Part shown: positions 23,912 through 44,207 of the stretch, one piece after another
How positions within the stretch are numbered: the stretch's first letter is position 1
Layout of the letters: every line of letters starts with the position of its first letter
DNA from: Saccostrea echinata
Taxonomy: Eukaryota
Length of the DNA stretch: 64,000 nucleotides
Reading direction: 5' to 3'
Assembly (NCBI RefSeq): GCF_033153115.1
Contig: NW_026889803.1
Span: 14,508,001-14,572,000, forward strand
Made by a program: the position numbers and the translations under genes
The notes under the pieces: generated by a model
Seen by the model: the letters and a program-made list of their open reading frames with translations, nothing else
Told to the model about the DNA's origin: nothing
Databases searched by the model: none

Positions 23912-24258
23912 TAAGGAATAACTGTCTTATTTTTTGGATTCATGATGTGATCAATCGAGTGGCTTGCGTGATAATTTGCATAAACGCCGAAGGCGTTTAT
24001 GCATAAAATTATCACGCAAGCCAATCGATTGATCATCGTCATGAATCCAAAAAATCTGACAGTTATTCCTTATATTTACATGCTCCTGATTCTGCAAATT
24101 CCCGTGCTAATAGCCCCGCTTCTGTCTCTATTTGTCCCGCCCGGCACGTGATTTTTTTTTAACCGCGCCTATCGATGAACCAGTAGATTTATGTAGAAAT
24201 AAAGTATTTTTACAGTTTGTAATTTTATCTCGGACAAAGACATTGGAAATGTAAATAT
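23912..24258. mobile_element. Hairpin (fold-back) non-autonomous element
   Basis: ~80-bp inverted arms 23912-24072 closed by GCC-GAA-GGC; then ATATTTACAT ... ATGTAAATAT second inverted pair. Confidence 0.75.
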
Positions 24259-24905
24259 ATGTGTATGTAATCATTATTTTTACTGTACAGAATTTTTAAA
24301 GAAATTAAACACCAACAAATATTTTAGATTTAAAAAAAAAAAGAATTTTGTAAAACAACAATGAAGCGTTGATGTTAAGTCAGACATTTTTTTTCCAGAA
24401 CGAAGAAATTTAAATGGCAATAAGCATAATTTGAAATTTAAGACTTGGGGGAAAAAAAGAAAAGTTTTTTTTTTTAAACTTTAACCAATGTCTGTCATGT
24501 GACGTATACAAGATAACGAAATGTATCTAATTATATCGGTTGTATTGGATGAATCGTGATGGTTACTTAAATTCACTAAGATAATACTATATTATCTACT
24601 AAATATTTTTTATTTTATTAATTTCAATCGAAAGAATGAAAATCGACCGTCCCTTTCATAAACCCATTGTCGATTAATCTTCTTATGTACATTATTGGAA
24701 GGTAACAATTGTATAAATGTTTTATCAGGCGCGTATTAATTCCGTAGATTTGAAATATAGGGCACTGGTAAAATCCTCGTCACATCACATAGTTTGGTCG
24801 TTTATGGTGTCCTAAAGTCCTACATTTCTGGGGAGACTTTTAACAGTGTCCATCTGAGGGGGAAATTTAGGATTGTCCGGAGCACGACAGCAGACAACAG
24901 TCACC

Positions 24906-27900
24906 ATGGAAAAACCCGGAGCACATCGTTTCCAAGTCATCGTTTTCTTCCTCACCATTTCTTCATCGTTTGGATTTTACCTCATAACTGATTGTAAGTA
25001 AATAATTTTTTTTAAATTCTACATTATATTTTTTTCAAATGCCGGGAGAATCTTTACTTGACATTTTATTTATTTATTCATTCATTCATTTATTTTCAAA
25101 GCAGCGAAAAATTAAGTCCACGTGATTTTATTAATATTTCAATATTATAGTCGACTTAATGATACGATACTTTGTGGATAGAGATGATTTTAAGCAATAT
25201 TTATTAAACTTTTTATTATGAAATTCCAACCTCAAAATTCAATAAGTAAATACCAACTGTTGACCTACTCCCTAAATTGTGTTCAATTATTTCAAGTTTC
25301 GTGAGAATTTAGGAGAAATTCGCAAAAGTTTGTCATCTCTACAGTAACTATTTATGTCATAAAATCTATCAATGATCTACTGTTATATTGTAGCTTTAAT
25401 GAATTAATTTTTATCCAAATATAAATAAACCCACATATTTATGTATGGCGTGTAAAAAAAACTGCATTATTATACTTTTTTGTTATTCTTATTCAAAGAA
25501 TTTATCATTGTTATTCTAAAACATATCATTCCTAAAAGTGATTCCTATTCGATAAGTTGTTATTCCTATTCGAAAAATGTGATTCCTAATCGATAATTTT
25601 GTCATTCTTATTCGATATCTTTGTCATTCCTTTTAACAAGATTATCGAAGAGGAATTTATGTTTTCGAATAGAAATGATATGTTTTTCAATAGGAATAGC
25701 ATGTTTATCGAATATAATTCATTTAATTATCGAATAAAGACAAAATTATCGAAAAGGAATGATAAATTATCGAATAGAAAACATTTTTTTTGCATAAGAA
25801 TAACAATTTATCGAATAAGAATCACCTTTTATCGAATAGGAATGATATGTTTTAGAATAAGAATAACAACATTTTTGAATAGGAATAACAAAAAAGTAAA
25901 ATAATGCAATGTTTTATACGCCATATTTAGGTAACATTTTATCATTAGTAGACGCATTTATGCTCATTTCAAAATTAAACATTTTGTTAGGTTTAAAATG
26001 GTTAACATGGTGTTTGGTGCACTTATATATCATTAATGGGTGCAAATATGCACAATGGAGCTATATCACCAGAGGATTCTGTATCCTTGGTTAACATATT
26101 GCACCACTTGCAAGGTTGAAAGTAAAGGTATCATGAAACATATTCATTGAGAAGAAATGGAATAGACATTTTCGAGTAATAAATTGGCAAAGAAATGTGA
26201 ATGTTGAAGAAAGAATTTCTATTGCGAGATTGAAAGTTTTAACGAATATTTTATCAAGCCTTTGGCAGTTTTCTACCATATTCCTACATCAAGACGCTAG
26301 GGAAAATTCGTCACTGTTTGTTATAAACCATTACAGATTGAACAAGAATATTATTTTTTCTGAAAAAAAATTATGTATTGTAATGTACATGGGTTTGCAA
26401 ATCTAATTTAATTAAAATAAGGAATTTAATTTCACCTTCAATACATGTCATAGAAAGGTGTCTTTAAATTTTAGGTCTGTAGTTTAATTCATTACAATAA
26501 GATTATATTGAATCACCAGCATTTATGTTAAGTATAAATTCAAACATGATAAATCTTCTTAAGAGAAATAACAGACAAGATCAATTCGATAAATTAAAAT
26601 AATGATTCAGTTATAAAACACGTACTTTATTCAGCTCAGCGGTCAACGGCACGCGAAATTCAAATATTTATATAGCATCGCAGTGGAATTTACTGGTAAA
26701 ATTATATTGTCTCCTGTCAAGACTTTTAAATTGACTTCGAGGTATACATCTATCTTATATACCCGGTCAAGTTAAATAGAACTTAATTTGGGGAAAAAAA
26801 CCACAATGATTAGTACTTCAGAGAATTTTAACTACTTCAAGATGAATGACGAAAGAGGGAACGTTCATAGGTTTTAATATCCTTTAGCGCACCGACCCTA
26901 AGAAATACATTATGCTAGTATTACAACAAACCCAAACTACGTCATGCTTAACTAAGATCTTTATCTGTAGAATCTATTACTTTTTTTTTTAGAATTTTCC
27001 GAACAATTGTTCCGTAAATTTTGTAAATTTAAACAGTAAAATGTTTGTGTTGTAGCGCAAAACTACCAAGTATAAAAACTTTTGCTAAAAACGCAACACT
27101 TTTCGAACATATATGTATGCATGTAACACAAAGTCGTATCATAATAGGAATAAAATCATAAAAACAAGCAATTTTAAAGTAAACTGTTAAAACTAAGTAG
27201 CCCGACAACTTAAGAAATACCTAAAAAAGAAAACTTATTCCATGTGATTTCACAAATTTCAATTCTGTCAAATATTACAAGAAAGCTGTATATATATAAG
27301 AACATGTAATTTAATAATAGTATTTTTTTAATCAAATGGTACAGTGGATATCATTCCCCTTTGCTTCTGCTTAATGAGTATTTGGACAGGAGACCTACAT
27401 TAATGATAGGTCCAACAATCAACACTCAAAATAAAATCATTTTTTATTTATTGCAGATTATATGGACCCTGATTTGTCAAGTTCTTTAGGGGGAGTTTGC
27501 AATAAAAGGGTAGAAGATGCTTGTGCCTTTTTAAACAGTCATTTGGATCCATTTGGTCTAGTAGATTATGGTGGAAATGTTGACTGCACCATGGTCTTTG
27601 ATGCTGGAAAAATGGCTGGTGCCAAATTCAAATTTGATTGGCTGTACTTTAATTTGGAAGGAGGAGATTGTTCAAAGGACTACTTAGCTATCTACGATGC
27701 TGATATGTCAGCTATTGCGCCATCAAACCTCGTAGGGAAATTCTGTGGGCTCAATGGCGTCAGCTTCAATGGTACTCCAACGGATCGCTACATGACTTTT
27801 GTTTTTCACACCGACGGATCCGGTGCCAAAAGTGGTTTCCGGCTAAAAGCGACTCGTTACGAACCATGTGAGTGATTATTTCAAGCATATTCTATAACTT

Positions 27901-29160
27901 ATGAAAATTGGAAGCACTTCTTTTTTTAATAAACTTTTTGTGCTGAAAAATACAGACCGCAAACGATTCCGTGTTTATTTTTCATGTGGAAAGGTTTTTT
28001 TTTCTATATAAGTAGAGGTAATTTTCAATTACAATGTGGGAATTAATGAATATCAGAAATTGGTAGAAATTATAACCATGACTCTTGTAGAGGATATCAC
28101 ATAATCACAGGTTACTATCATGAACTTCTAGTATGGATTGTTTCTGAAGTCATCAAATAAAAGTGGGCGAAAAGGGGTCTTTAGTTTACCTAGTTCTTTT
28201 TTAAAAACTTCTTATAAAAACACGAAGTACTATATACATGTATTGGATTTATATTACTTTTTCCCTCCATTTTAGCCCCATGTCAGTCAGAAGAATTTTT
28301 CTGTAACGACACCATTGCTAACAACATTTGTATCGACGAACGTCTCACATGCGACGGAACACAGCACTGCAGCGACAACTCAGACGAACTCAACTGCTCT
28401 TGTAAGTACTGGTATATCAACACCTAATTTGGAGAAAATTTTCGAGTAATTTTTGCGTTTAATGATATAATTTTTATTTTAAATCAAAAATATTTTCTTG
28501 GCAGTTATGGAGGAGTTGCTGGGATCATTCTTTGCCCTGGGGTTAGGGGGCATGATTATGTGTGGTGTAGCATGTATTGCGGGTTGTGTAGGGTTATGGA
28601 CAGTAGTAGGAGCTCTTACATGCTGCAAAAAATGCTGTACCAAATGCTGCTGTTGTTGGCCATGCTGCAAGAAGTGTAAAGGTTTGTTTTTCTTTCGGCA
28701 TCAATTCATTTTTTTTTTAAATTAAAAGATAATTATCCGAAACTAACAGCAAATTCTGTGTTATATATGTATAAGCTTCACATGAGAGTTAAACCAAAAA
28801 CTTTAATTTTACAGATGTAGAATTAATAAAAAAAAGAAATAGAAAATTTGTGAGATAAAAATTCATAGAAAAAAAAATGAAATATTCGCATGAAAAACGA
28901 CACATTCCTTTCATCTTTGATTAGTCTTAATCTTTTGTAAAAATTAAACGTGTCTTTGGTCTATAGGTGGAAACTCCAAAGTTGAACCAAACACAGAAAT
29001 GGATGAATATGACCCTGAAATGTCCCCTCCACCCACTTACCGGGAGGGCACCAAACTTGAGGAGGATATTGAGTGGGACGATGTTGAGGATGACATGAAT
29101 AAAGAGAACTCTGCCGGAATAGGAAAAGACGCCAAAACTAACCTAGCCGACGTGGAATAA
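24906..29160 (+). CDS. Type I membrane protein: signal peptide - CUB - LDLa - TM - Cys-rich - PPxY tail (5 exons)
   Basis: Exons 24906-24993, 27457-27867, 28276-28401, 28505-28681, 28967-29160 join in frame at GT-AG; CUB (C..DYL.IYD...GKFCG...FHTDGS...GF), LDLa (CIDERLTCDGTQHCSDNSDE..C), hydrophobic TM, PPPTY. Confidence 0.88.
25444..25925. mobile_element. Fold-back MITE with TATGGCG termini and internal ~21-bp repeats (intron 1 of the CUB gene)
   Basis: TATGGCGT...TGCATTAT vs ATAATGCA...ACGCCATA; ATTCCTATTCGA-type repeats in opposite orientation in the two halves. Confidence 0.85.
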
Positions 29161-30186
29161 TAATTAGATGTGTATATGCAAATCAATTGACTTGAAATTA
29201 CTTCAATGTATTCAGATATTTATTTTGTTTTATATTTTTACAATTTTTTTTTATAGACATCCTTGTTTCTTAGTCATCAAACATGAAATACATGGATAAC
29301 ACTAATTTTTGCTAGATTTGCGTCAACATCCACTGTTAATCAGTTTCCATCAAAATACTCCTCTTTAATGCAATTACTTGGAGCGTTGATCGCCCCAAAT
29401 GTAAAATAATTCGAGCATCTTGCGCGAATATAATGTCACGGGCTTACGATATACCAAGTACTCATCTTTAAATATACTTTAGAATTACTTATAAAATATA
29501 CCATATATCGATCTGTTTCTATTCAAGTGTCGGGGATGGCGAAAATTTAGAGTGTTTTTTTTTTTTTAATTTCATCACTTGAATATTTTCTAGATGAAGT
29601 ATCAAAATCATCTCATAGAAATGATTTTTAAACTTATGAAACACACACATCTACGCCAATAAAAGGATACTTACTGAGTTGCATTTAAAAAATGAACTCG
29701 ATTAATATATATTTGTTATTGAACAAAAAAAATTGTTTTCATTTTGTTGATGATCACAGTGATCTAAGATTTTCTGAACTTTTTAACATTTATTTCATGC
29801 TGGTTATGGGATTATATCTTTGTTATATTCTTCCCCTACCTTAATTACTGTTTTTTTTTTAATAGATATTTATTGAATCATGTAGTTCTCAGTCATTGGT
29901 GCCAAACTGTTTTATTTCTTTTCGTGAATAAAATCACATTTCTTACACAGTTTAATTATTGTTTGTTGTTATATCAAATATAATTCCATTTATTATTTAA
30001 CATAAAAAAAAATTGCGCAAAAACTAAAAAAAAAAAATCCAGGCTAGAAATGTATTCAATGAATTTAGGGGTTTGTGTTTGGAAAACTTCGTCAGTCCAC
30101 GGGCACCTGACAACAAACACCAACTGATTTTTTAAAAATTCATTACACAAGACATATATGTATAACATAATAATTAATTTAGACAA

Positions 30187-37005
<6,819 letters not shown>

Positions 37006-37122
37006 TTTCCTCCTTATAATGCTACCAGTAGTAAACAACAATTTTGATCGATGATAAAAGAGCATTTGTTATCACTCATTACGGCTAATTTACTTGATTA
37101 CTGCAAATAATGCCGTCTTCAT

Positions 37123-38057
37123 CACAGGAGTTCGCAATTTTATCAATAAAGTCAATAAAAATCACTCGATTGACCAAGCCATGAGCTATGCGTTAGCATA
37201 GCGAACAGGAATGCAACGCGTTTTTGGAGAAATCGACCAATTTGCTTTTACCCACCGCTTATTCAATACAGCTCGTCAGCATTCGTGTCAAACAACATTT
37301 CTCTACTAAAATTTGCTTTCTAACCCTTCTCGAATGCTGTCAATACCCACTTTCTTCGATTTCGCGTAAACAGTCGTTTTACCGAGAAGCCATTACGTGA
37401 CGTCACATCAAACCCGAACCCGATAAATAATTATTAAATAAAAAAAAGATAGAGAATAAACTTTAAATTATATCCTGTTGCTTTAAATTATCACCAACTT
37501 ACCAAAGTGTATCAGCAAAGTTGTTGGACACGACGAATTTCTTTTTACTTACTCAATATTTCAATTTGCGCGCACATGCAACTGAAATTATCGCCCTTTG
37601 TTTTTGAACAACTCGACATGGTTTCTCGCCATAAAAAAATAATCGGGGGATATTAAGTATTATGATTTATTCAACTTATTTATAAAATAAAATATGTACA
37701 ATAATTGACAACGTATTTATTATTTTTTTATTTAAAACAATCGAAATAATTATTTGTCGGGTTCGGCTTTGATGTGACGTCACGCAATGGCTTCTCGGTA
37801 AAACGAATGTTTACGCGAAATCGAAGAAAGTGGGTATTGATAGCATTCGAGAAGGATTAGAAAGCAAATTTTATTAGAGAAATGTTGTTTGATACGAATG
37901 CTGACGAGCTGTATTGAATAAGCGGTGGGTAAAAGCAAATTAGTCGATTTCTCCAAAAATGCGTTGCATTCCTGTTCGCTATGCTAACGCATAGCTCATG
38001 GCTTGGTCAATCGAGTGATTTTTATTGACTTTATTGATAAAATTGCGAACTCCTATG
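37123..38057. mobile_element. Long-TIR (~300 bp) non-autonomous DNA transposon, P-element-like termini
   Basis: 37123-~37432 is a near-perfect inverted repeat of ~37757-38057; CA(C/T)AGGAGT termini; 7-bp TSD TCTTCAT. Confidence 0.9.
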
Positions 38058-38677
38058 TCTTCATGTTAAACATGGGCGCAGCCATTATGAACCCTGACCT
38101 ACGGAGTAATCATTGAAGCACGCCTACAGTTAACTGCTAAAACGTGTATTGCTTGATTTGTATTGTTCTTTGTCATACTAATTTTAATTATTTTAAACTC
38201 CTTATATATTTCTTTCATGGTTGATCAAAGAGATGGTGTTTCTGTTTGCTCTATCACTGATGAATCATGAAATATTTATCTATGAATTTCTGTGAAATAA
38301 TTACGCCTCCCGGAACATCTCTCTAGGGACAGTGTCAAACTATTAGGATCGGACACAAGTTCAGGGGAGCATCCAAAAAAAAAAAAAAAAAAAAAAGAAA
38401 GAAAGAAAAAGAAAAAACAACAACAACAAAAAAGAATAACAAAATAATAAAAAAGAAACAGTTTCATCATTCAGAGGATAATTATAGTTTTAGTTTTTTT
38501 AAACAAATGTTGTTTCTCGGTAAATGGGATTCAAGTAATTTACAATTGTTCTATTCATTGACATGTCGATCTTTTCCTGATTATCGTAATTATTTCATAT
38601 TTGTTTGTTCTGGGCTCTAAATTAGAAAACAAAGTATTCTGTTTTGTTAGATAAAAGTTGGTACAGGTGATATGATA

Positions 38678-38680
<3 letters not shown>

Positions 38681-38748
<68 letters not shown>
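38681..38748. repeat. (TA)n microsatellite
   Basis: About 34 TA units. Confidence 0.95.
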
Positions 38749-38752
<4 letters not shown>

Positions 38753-38925
38753 TGTTTTAGAACAAATGTATTTTTAAACAACGATAAGTGATATGATGTC
38801 TTAAAGTGCATAATGGTTTTGAGATCATCCCTAAAATTTCTCACCTCTTTCACTTCCTTTTATGGTATTCTACAGGTAAACACGTTTATACGCCCACTAA
38901 GCCGGTGTCACATTTTTATAGAAAG

Positions 38926-40159
38926 ATGGCCAAGATAGACAAACAAGCGATTCGTGACGCTTATGAAGAGGTCCGAAACGATGGCACTGATACTAATTGG
39001 TAAGTCAGTTATTTTACTTAAAATACTTCATTTCAAATTTCTTACAATTCAACAATTGTAATATTCATTTTACCGGATTAAAATGATCACATTGAAAACA
39101 GGCGATGAGCCGATGACTAAGTGATTAGTCTAGTAAAGCACCGAAGGTGTTGAAATGAACGTTGAATTCCTTTAAAAAAATAATTTTAAAACACATTTGG
39201 TTTTGAAAAAATATAATTATTTTTTCCTAGGGCCGTAATGAAGTATGATGGGTCAGATATTGTATTGAGCGCCACTGGGTCTAGTTTTGAAGATTTTGCG
39301 TCCAATTTTAGCGGTAAGTAAAATAAAAAATCACTAAAATACAATGCCATATATAAAAATATAACATCTTAATTTGCAGTCCCTATATAAATGTGTGATG
39401 GTTGCAAATGTCACTATCGTTGAAAATTTAGTAGAACAAATACAACACTCCTGTCTTTATCTTCATTATACGTACGACGTTCTTATTGCTCAAGTACTAT
39501 ATATATTTCTCATTTGTTCTTTTTCTCTATTAAATCAAATATAGAATGATGATCTCGAGCACTTTGACGCAACAGTGGAAATTAATGAATGGTTAAGGGT
39601 CTGTTAATGTTAACCAACGATTATAAATTAAGAATTTACCAAAATTCCCATTTATATACATACATATTTTTTTTCACAGATGACGACCGAGTATATGCTT
39701 TCCTACGTGTGGTAGCAGGTGATGAACTTAGCAAAAGGGCAAAATTTGCCTTAATTGTATGGCTGGGTAAAAATGTGTCTGGAATAAAAAGAGCGAGAAT
39801 GGGTCCTGACAAGTCAGTAGTCAAAGAAGTTATACGTGTACGTAATCTACACGTTATATAATTTTATAATCTTAGAATCGTTTCACTTTAAGATATGACA
39901 TTTTAAAATGTTCTTGACATATATGTTTATATCTGCTATTTCGCGTCGAGAGATGTCTAACACCAGTATGGTGTACATTATTGTACAATATACTAGTATT
40001 CCATTATGATACGTAAATGTACAATTTTACACTTTTTCATTACAGAGTTACGCCGTAGAACTAATGATTAACGAGAAATCAGAACTAAATGAAGACTTGA
40101 TTAGAAAAGAAATAATGAAGGCTGGTGGTGCTAATTATGGAACAGGAACTCGTGATTGA
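38926..40159 (+). CDS. COTL1: Coactosin-like protein (ADF-H family), 4 exons
   Basis: MAKIDKQAIRDAYEEVRND..TNW / AVMKYDG / DDRVYAFLRV..GDELSKRAKFALIVWLG / KAGGANY; GT-AG introns in frame. Confidence 0.95.
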
Positions 40160-40599
40160 CATCTCAGGACTCTAGTTTCAACAGACGAAAAGAACAGGAA
40201 GAAAATGGATGGTGTATTCAGCCTGTCTCATATTTTAATGATATTTATATACACCTGTATACCGTTTTTACTTTATTTTAAGGGACAGAACAAGTGATAT
40301 TCTTTTTATTTAGAACCAACTAGATATTTCTTACTAGTGTCAACGAAATTAATCGTTTGATCGATCTTATTGGACAATATACATGTTTACATTTTCAGTA
40401 TTTTTTTACTGATGTTTTGAAGGACAAATAAAAGTTACATGTACATGATCACTAAAAGTTAAATTTCTTAAAATATATACTGTTTAAAAAAAAGAAACAC
40501 ACAGTAAGAATTGTATGTTATAGTTGTAATATGGTTTTATTTTATCCGAAAATAATTCTTTGAGTGTAATTTTTAACTTTTAACGCTTTGTTAACTGGA

Positions 40600-41610
40600 C
40601 TGCTTTTCTACAGAACTTACGGACAATCGAACCTGCTTTGTAAAATGCTAATTTTCGGTTATTGTAACAGTTATAACTTTTGCTGGTTTCCAATTCAAAT
40701 ACCAGGAGTTTATCAAAAGCCAGGGTTTTTCGATTTTGTTATCTTAAAATGTGGACGATATTTAAGAAATGTCGCTTCTGAATGATGTACAACGCAAGAA
40801 CACATGAGCGACTTAAAGCAGGTGTACAACAGGCTACAGTTGCAATAGGTTTAATGTTGCACAAAGCACCAAACCTCGCCTATAAAAAAGATAGCAACAG
40901 CATGGTGCAACAAATGATTGCCAACCATCTGGCAGATCAACATCACAGGATCTCTGTTTTGGTAATCCTCACCAACGTTCCACAACAACGTCGTCTACAG
41001 CATTAGCTATCCCTAGGTTGCGCAGAATATCAGAACGGACCGTTTGCAATCGATTACGGTATGATTGAATAAGAGGCGAAGACCTAAGACCTATTCATGG
41101 CGTATAATCCGCCAAAATCGACGTCAGACTCGGTTCAGAGCTAGGTCTCAGACCAACAGAGTCAGATCAGAGAAACACTGGTGTACAGTTTGGTTTAGCT
41201 ACGAATCCATTTATTTTTATTGCAGAACTGACGGAAGTCAGAGAGTATAAAGGCTTTAAGGTTCGTAATGAACGAAGTCAGAGTGTAACAGAGACTTTGT
41301 AATGAACGAAATCAGAGTGTAAAGGCTTCGTAATGAACGTTTGTAGAAAACTGCATTCGGTAGGTTTATAGAATTGGTAATGGTGTATTATGAAGTGGAC
41401 AATACTTGTAGTATTCTTTACTGACAGGACTGATGCGGATCATATTCAAGGGACTTTGACGGCTCAGAGGTACATTGAGTGCATGAATCCTACCTCAATA
41501 TGTTTTTTTTCCAACAATGCAGTATTCTGGGGTCGTATTTCAACATGACAATGCAAGGTCACAAACAGCTCGTTTTAAAAGAGCATTCTTGCAAAGCTAC
41601 AACATCCAGT
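40600..41610 (+). mobile_element. Decayed Tc1/mariner transposase remnant
   Basis: Frameshifted fragments HW..VWFSYES (WFSDES) and VVFQHDNARS (FQHDNARPH); boundaries approximate. Confidence 0.75.
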
Positions 41611-42917
41611 TCTCCTTTATAAAATTATACTATGCGGGGTTGTTCTTTTTTTTTGGGGGGGGGGGGTCTATAAATATTGTTAGCTTCAAGAAATACCAGC
41701 TTACTACAACAATCTATCTAACATGTCTAAAGTATAGTAAAATATAGTCGTGATAAAAAATGGTGTCATCACCAAAATAATTACGTTTATTGACAGTATG
41801 CTACATTTGCAAGCAGTCCATCAAGGAAAGGAAGTGCAAATAACAGAAGATGATAAAAAGAAATGTCGAAAAAGGAAATAAGTAAGATTCTTTCACATAT
41901 TCTAAAAGTTGTTTCAGTTTTTCGTCTTTGTGGAATCTACACTGTCTTTTTCAGTATCCGATTTTATTATTCTGGCATCTTGGGGAACAAGATTAGGTAT
42001 ACCGTTGATAATCGGATATGCAATCCCACTATCATCACAAATCAACTCGTTCTTTTCCTTGTCATATCTGTGGGGGAGAAAATCAAATTAACAATAAAAC
42101 TTACAATGTATATATGTAATACAACCTTGTGCAATTCTTAACGCATTCTATATAAATCGCTTATTAAAGTAACCATACAAGATGACATAGGGCCGTCGTC
42201 AGGTTTCTGGAAAGGGGGGGGGGAGGATGTGAGAGGTGGTCTCCCTCCTCTGTACTAGAATTTTTTTTATATAAATGGGACCATTTTTGTGGGCTCTGGT
42301 GCTTTCATGAAATAATTCTTTCATATATCAAATAAACGAAATCTAATAGTTACTTAAGTAGATGTATAATAAATTTATTTCGTTCCAAACATATTTTTTG
42401 TTTGTTTGCTTTACCCCCCCCCCCCCCCCCCCACTTCCGACGGCCTTGTGACTAGTGAATTAATTATTCTTTAATGGTATCAAAGCAGACAAAAATACTG
42501 TACAATATTTTATTTATATGTAAAATCTGTTTAAGCATGTATATAGCAATTTACCTTAACGGCTTTCTGGAGACTGGACACACAAGAATTTTAAGAATGC
42601 TTTCATCAAATGAGTTGGTAACACTACATGATGTGGAAAACCTTTGAAGAGTTGAGTGATTCAAAATACTTCTACCTGTTCGAGTGTAAAATGTCATTCT
42701 CTAAAAATTCTCATATGATCACAAATCTGTTTTCCCAAAGTATATTTTCGTATTTTCTTAGATGCAATTAAAAAAAAAATAAATATAATTGCCAAATATT
42801 TGATATAGCTTAGTATTCCTTTTTTTTTTTTTTGGTTTTGTTTTATTTTCCTTTCTTACTTCCTTGATTAGAAGCAATAATAAATTATTACTATTATCCA
42901 AGTAGCCCCCTAAGTCA

Positions 42918-43536
42918 TTATGCCCCCGTATCGAAGATTCGGGGATATATAGTTTTTGCCCTGTCCGTCCGTCCGTCTGTCTGTCTGTCTGTCCGCAAAA
43001 ACTTTAACATTGCTCATAACTTTTGATTGGTTGGAGCTATGGCTTTCATATTTCACATGTATAATCCTTGTGACAAGACCTTCCTTTGGATACCAACAAC
43101 TTTGACCCTTTGACCTTTGAGTTTGACCTACTTTTGAAAAACTTTAACATTGGCCATATCTTTTGAACGGTTGGTGCTAAGGCTTTCATACTTCACATGT
43201 GTATTCCTTGTGACAAGACCTTCCTTTGGATAACAACAACTGTGACCCTTTGACCTTGGAGTTTGACCTACTTTTGAAAAACTTTAACCTTGGCCATAAC
43301 TTGTGAACCGTTGGTGCTAGGGCTTTCATACTTCACATATGTAATCTTTGTGACAAGACCTTCCTTTGGATACCAACAACTTTTACCCTTTACTCTTGAC
43401 CTTGGAGTTTGACCTACTTTTAGAAAACTTTAACCTTGGCCAAAACTTTTGAACCGTTGGTGCTAGGGCTTTCATACTTCACATATATAATCCTTGTGAC
43501 AAGACCTTCCATTAAATACCAACAATTGTAATCCAT

Positions 43537-43567
<31 letters not shown>

Positions 43568-43880
43568 GAAAAACTTAAACCTTGGTCATAACTTTTGAAC
43601 GATTGGTGCTTCAGCTTTCATATTTCACCAGTATATTTCTTGTGAAAAGGCCTTTCCTTAGGCACCATTAATTTTGACCATTTGACCTTGATGTTTGACT
43701 TACTTTTGAAAAACTTTAACCTTTTCCATATCTATTCAATGGTTGCTTCTAGGGCTTTCATATTTCACAGGCATATTACCTTACTTTGGGTACCAACATA
43801 TTTGATTTGCATTTGAGAAAGTTTAAACTTTGCTATAAGTTGCCAAGCGGGGCATCAGTGTTTCACAAACACATCTTGTT
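42918..43880 (+). mobile_element. Helentron/HINE-like non-autonomous element with an internal ~120-bp satellite array
   Basis: TT start, sub-terminal IR ATGCCCC/GGGGCAT, (GTCC)n(GTCT)n microsatellite, 6-7 tandem units (TGACAAGACC...TTTGACCTACTTTTGAAAAACTTTAAC), 3' hairpin GTGTTT-CAC-AAACAC, TT end. Confidence 0.85.
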
Positions 43881-44039
43881 CATACATGTTTATTTTATGA
43901 TTTTGGAAGATGTACATGTACATGTAGAACACACACACGGGGGATTAGTTTTGAAGTCTAAGAAAACACCAATCTGGCTAAATCCAGGCATACTATTCAC
44001 TATGTTCGCTCAACGAACCCAGGATAGTGGGAATAAAAG

Positions 44040-44207
44040 CATAGGAGTCAGCAGTTTTATCCATAAAACAACGTGAACAACAACCAGTGAGCTTCGCGAG
44101 CGTAGCGAGAGAAGCTTCGCTCGTTACGCTCGCAAAGCTCACTGGTTGTTGTATGTTTTTTTTTTATGTTGTATGTTGTTTTATGGATAAAACTGCCGAC
44201 TCTTGTG
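44040..44207. mobile_element. 168-bp fully palindromic MITE
   Basis: CATAGGAGTCAGCAGTTTTATCCATAAAACAAC inverted at the right end; inner arms AACAACCAGTGAGCTT.GCGAGCGTA.CGAG. Confidence 0.85.

Noticed and set aside
25599-25904. 101-aa repetitive ORF
   Set aside because: Translation of the internal repeats of a fold-back MITE
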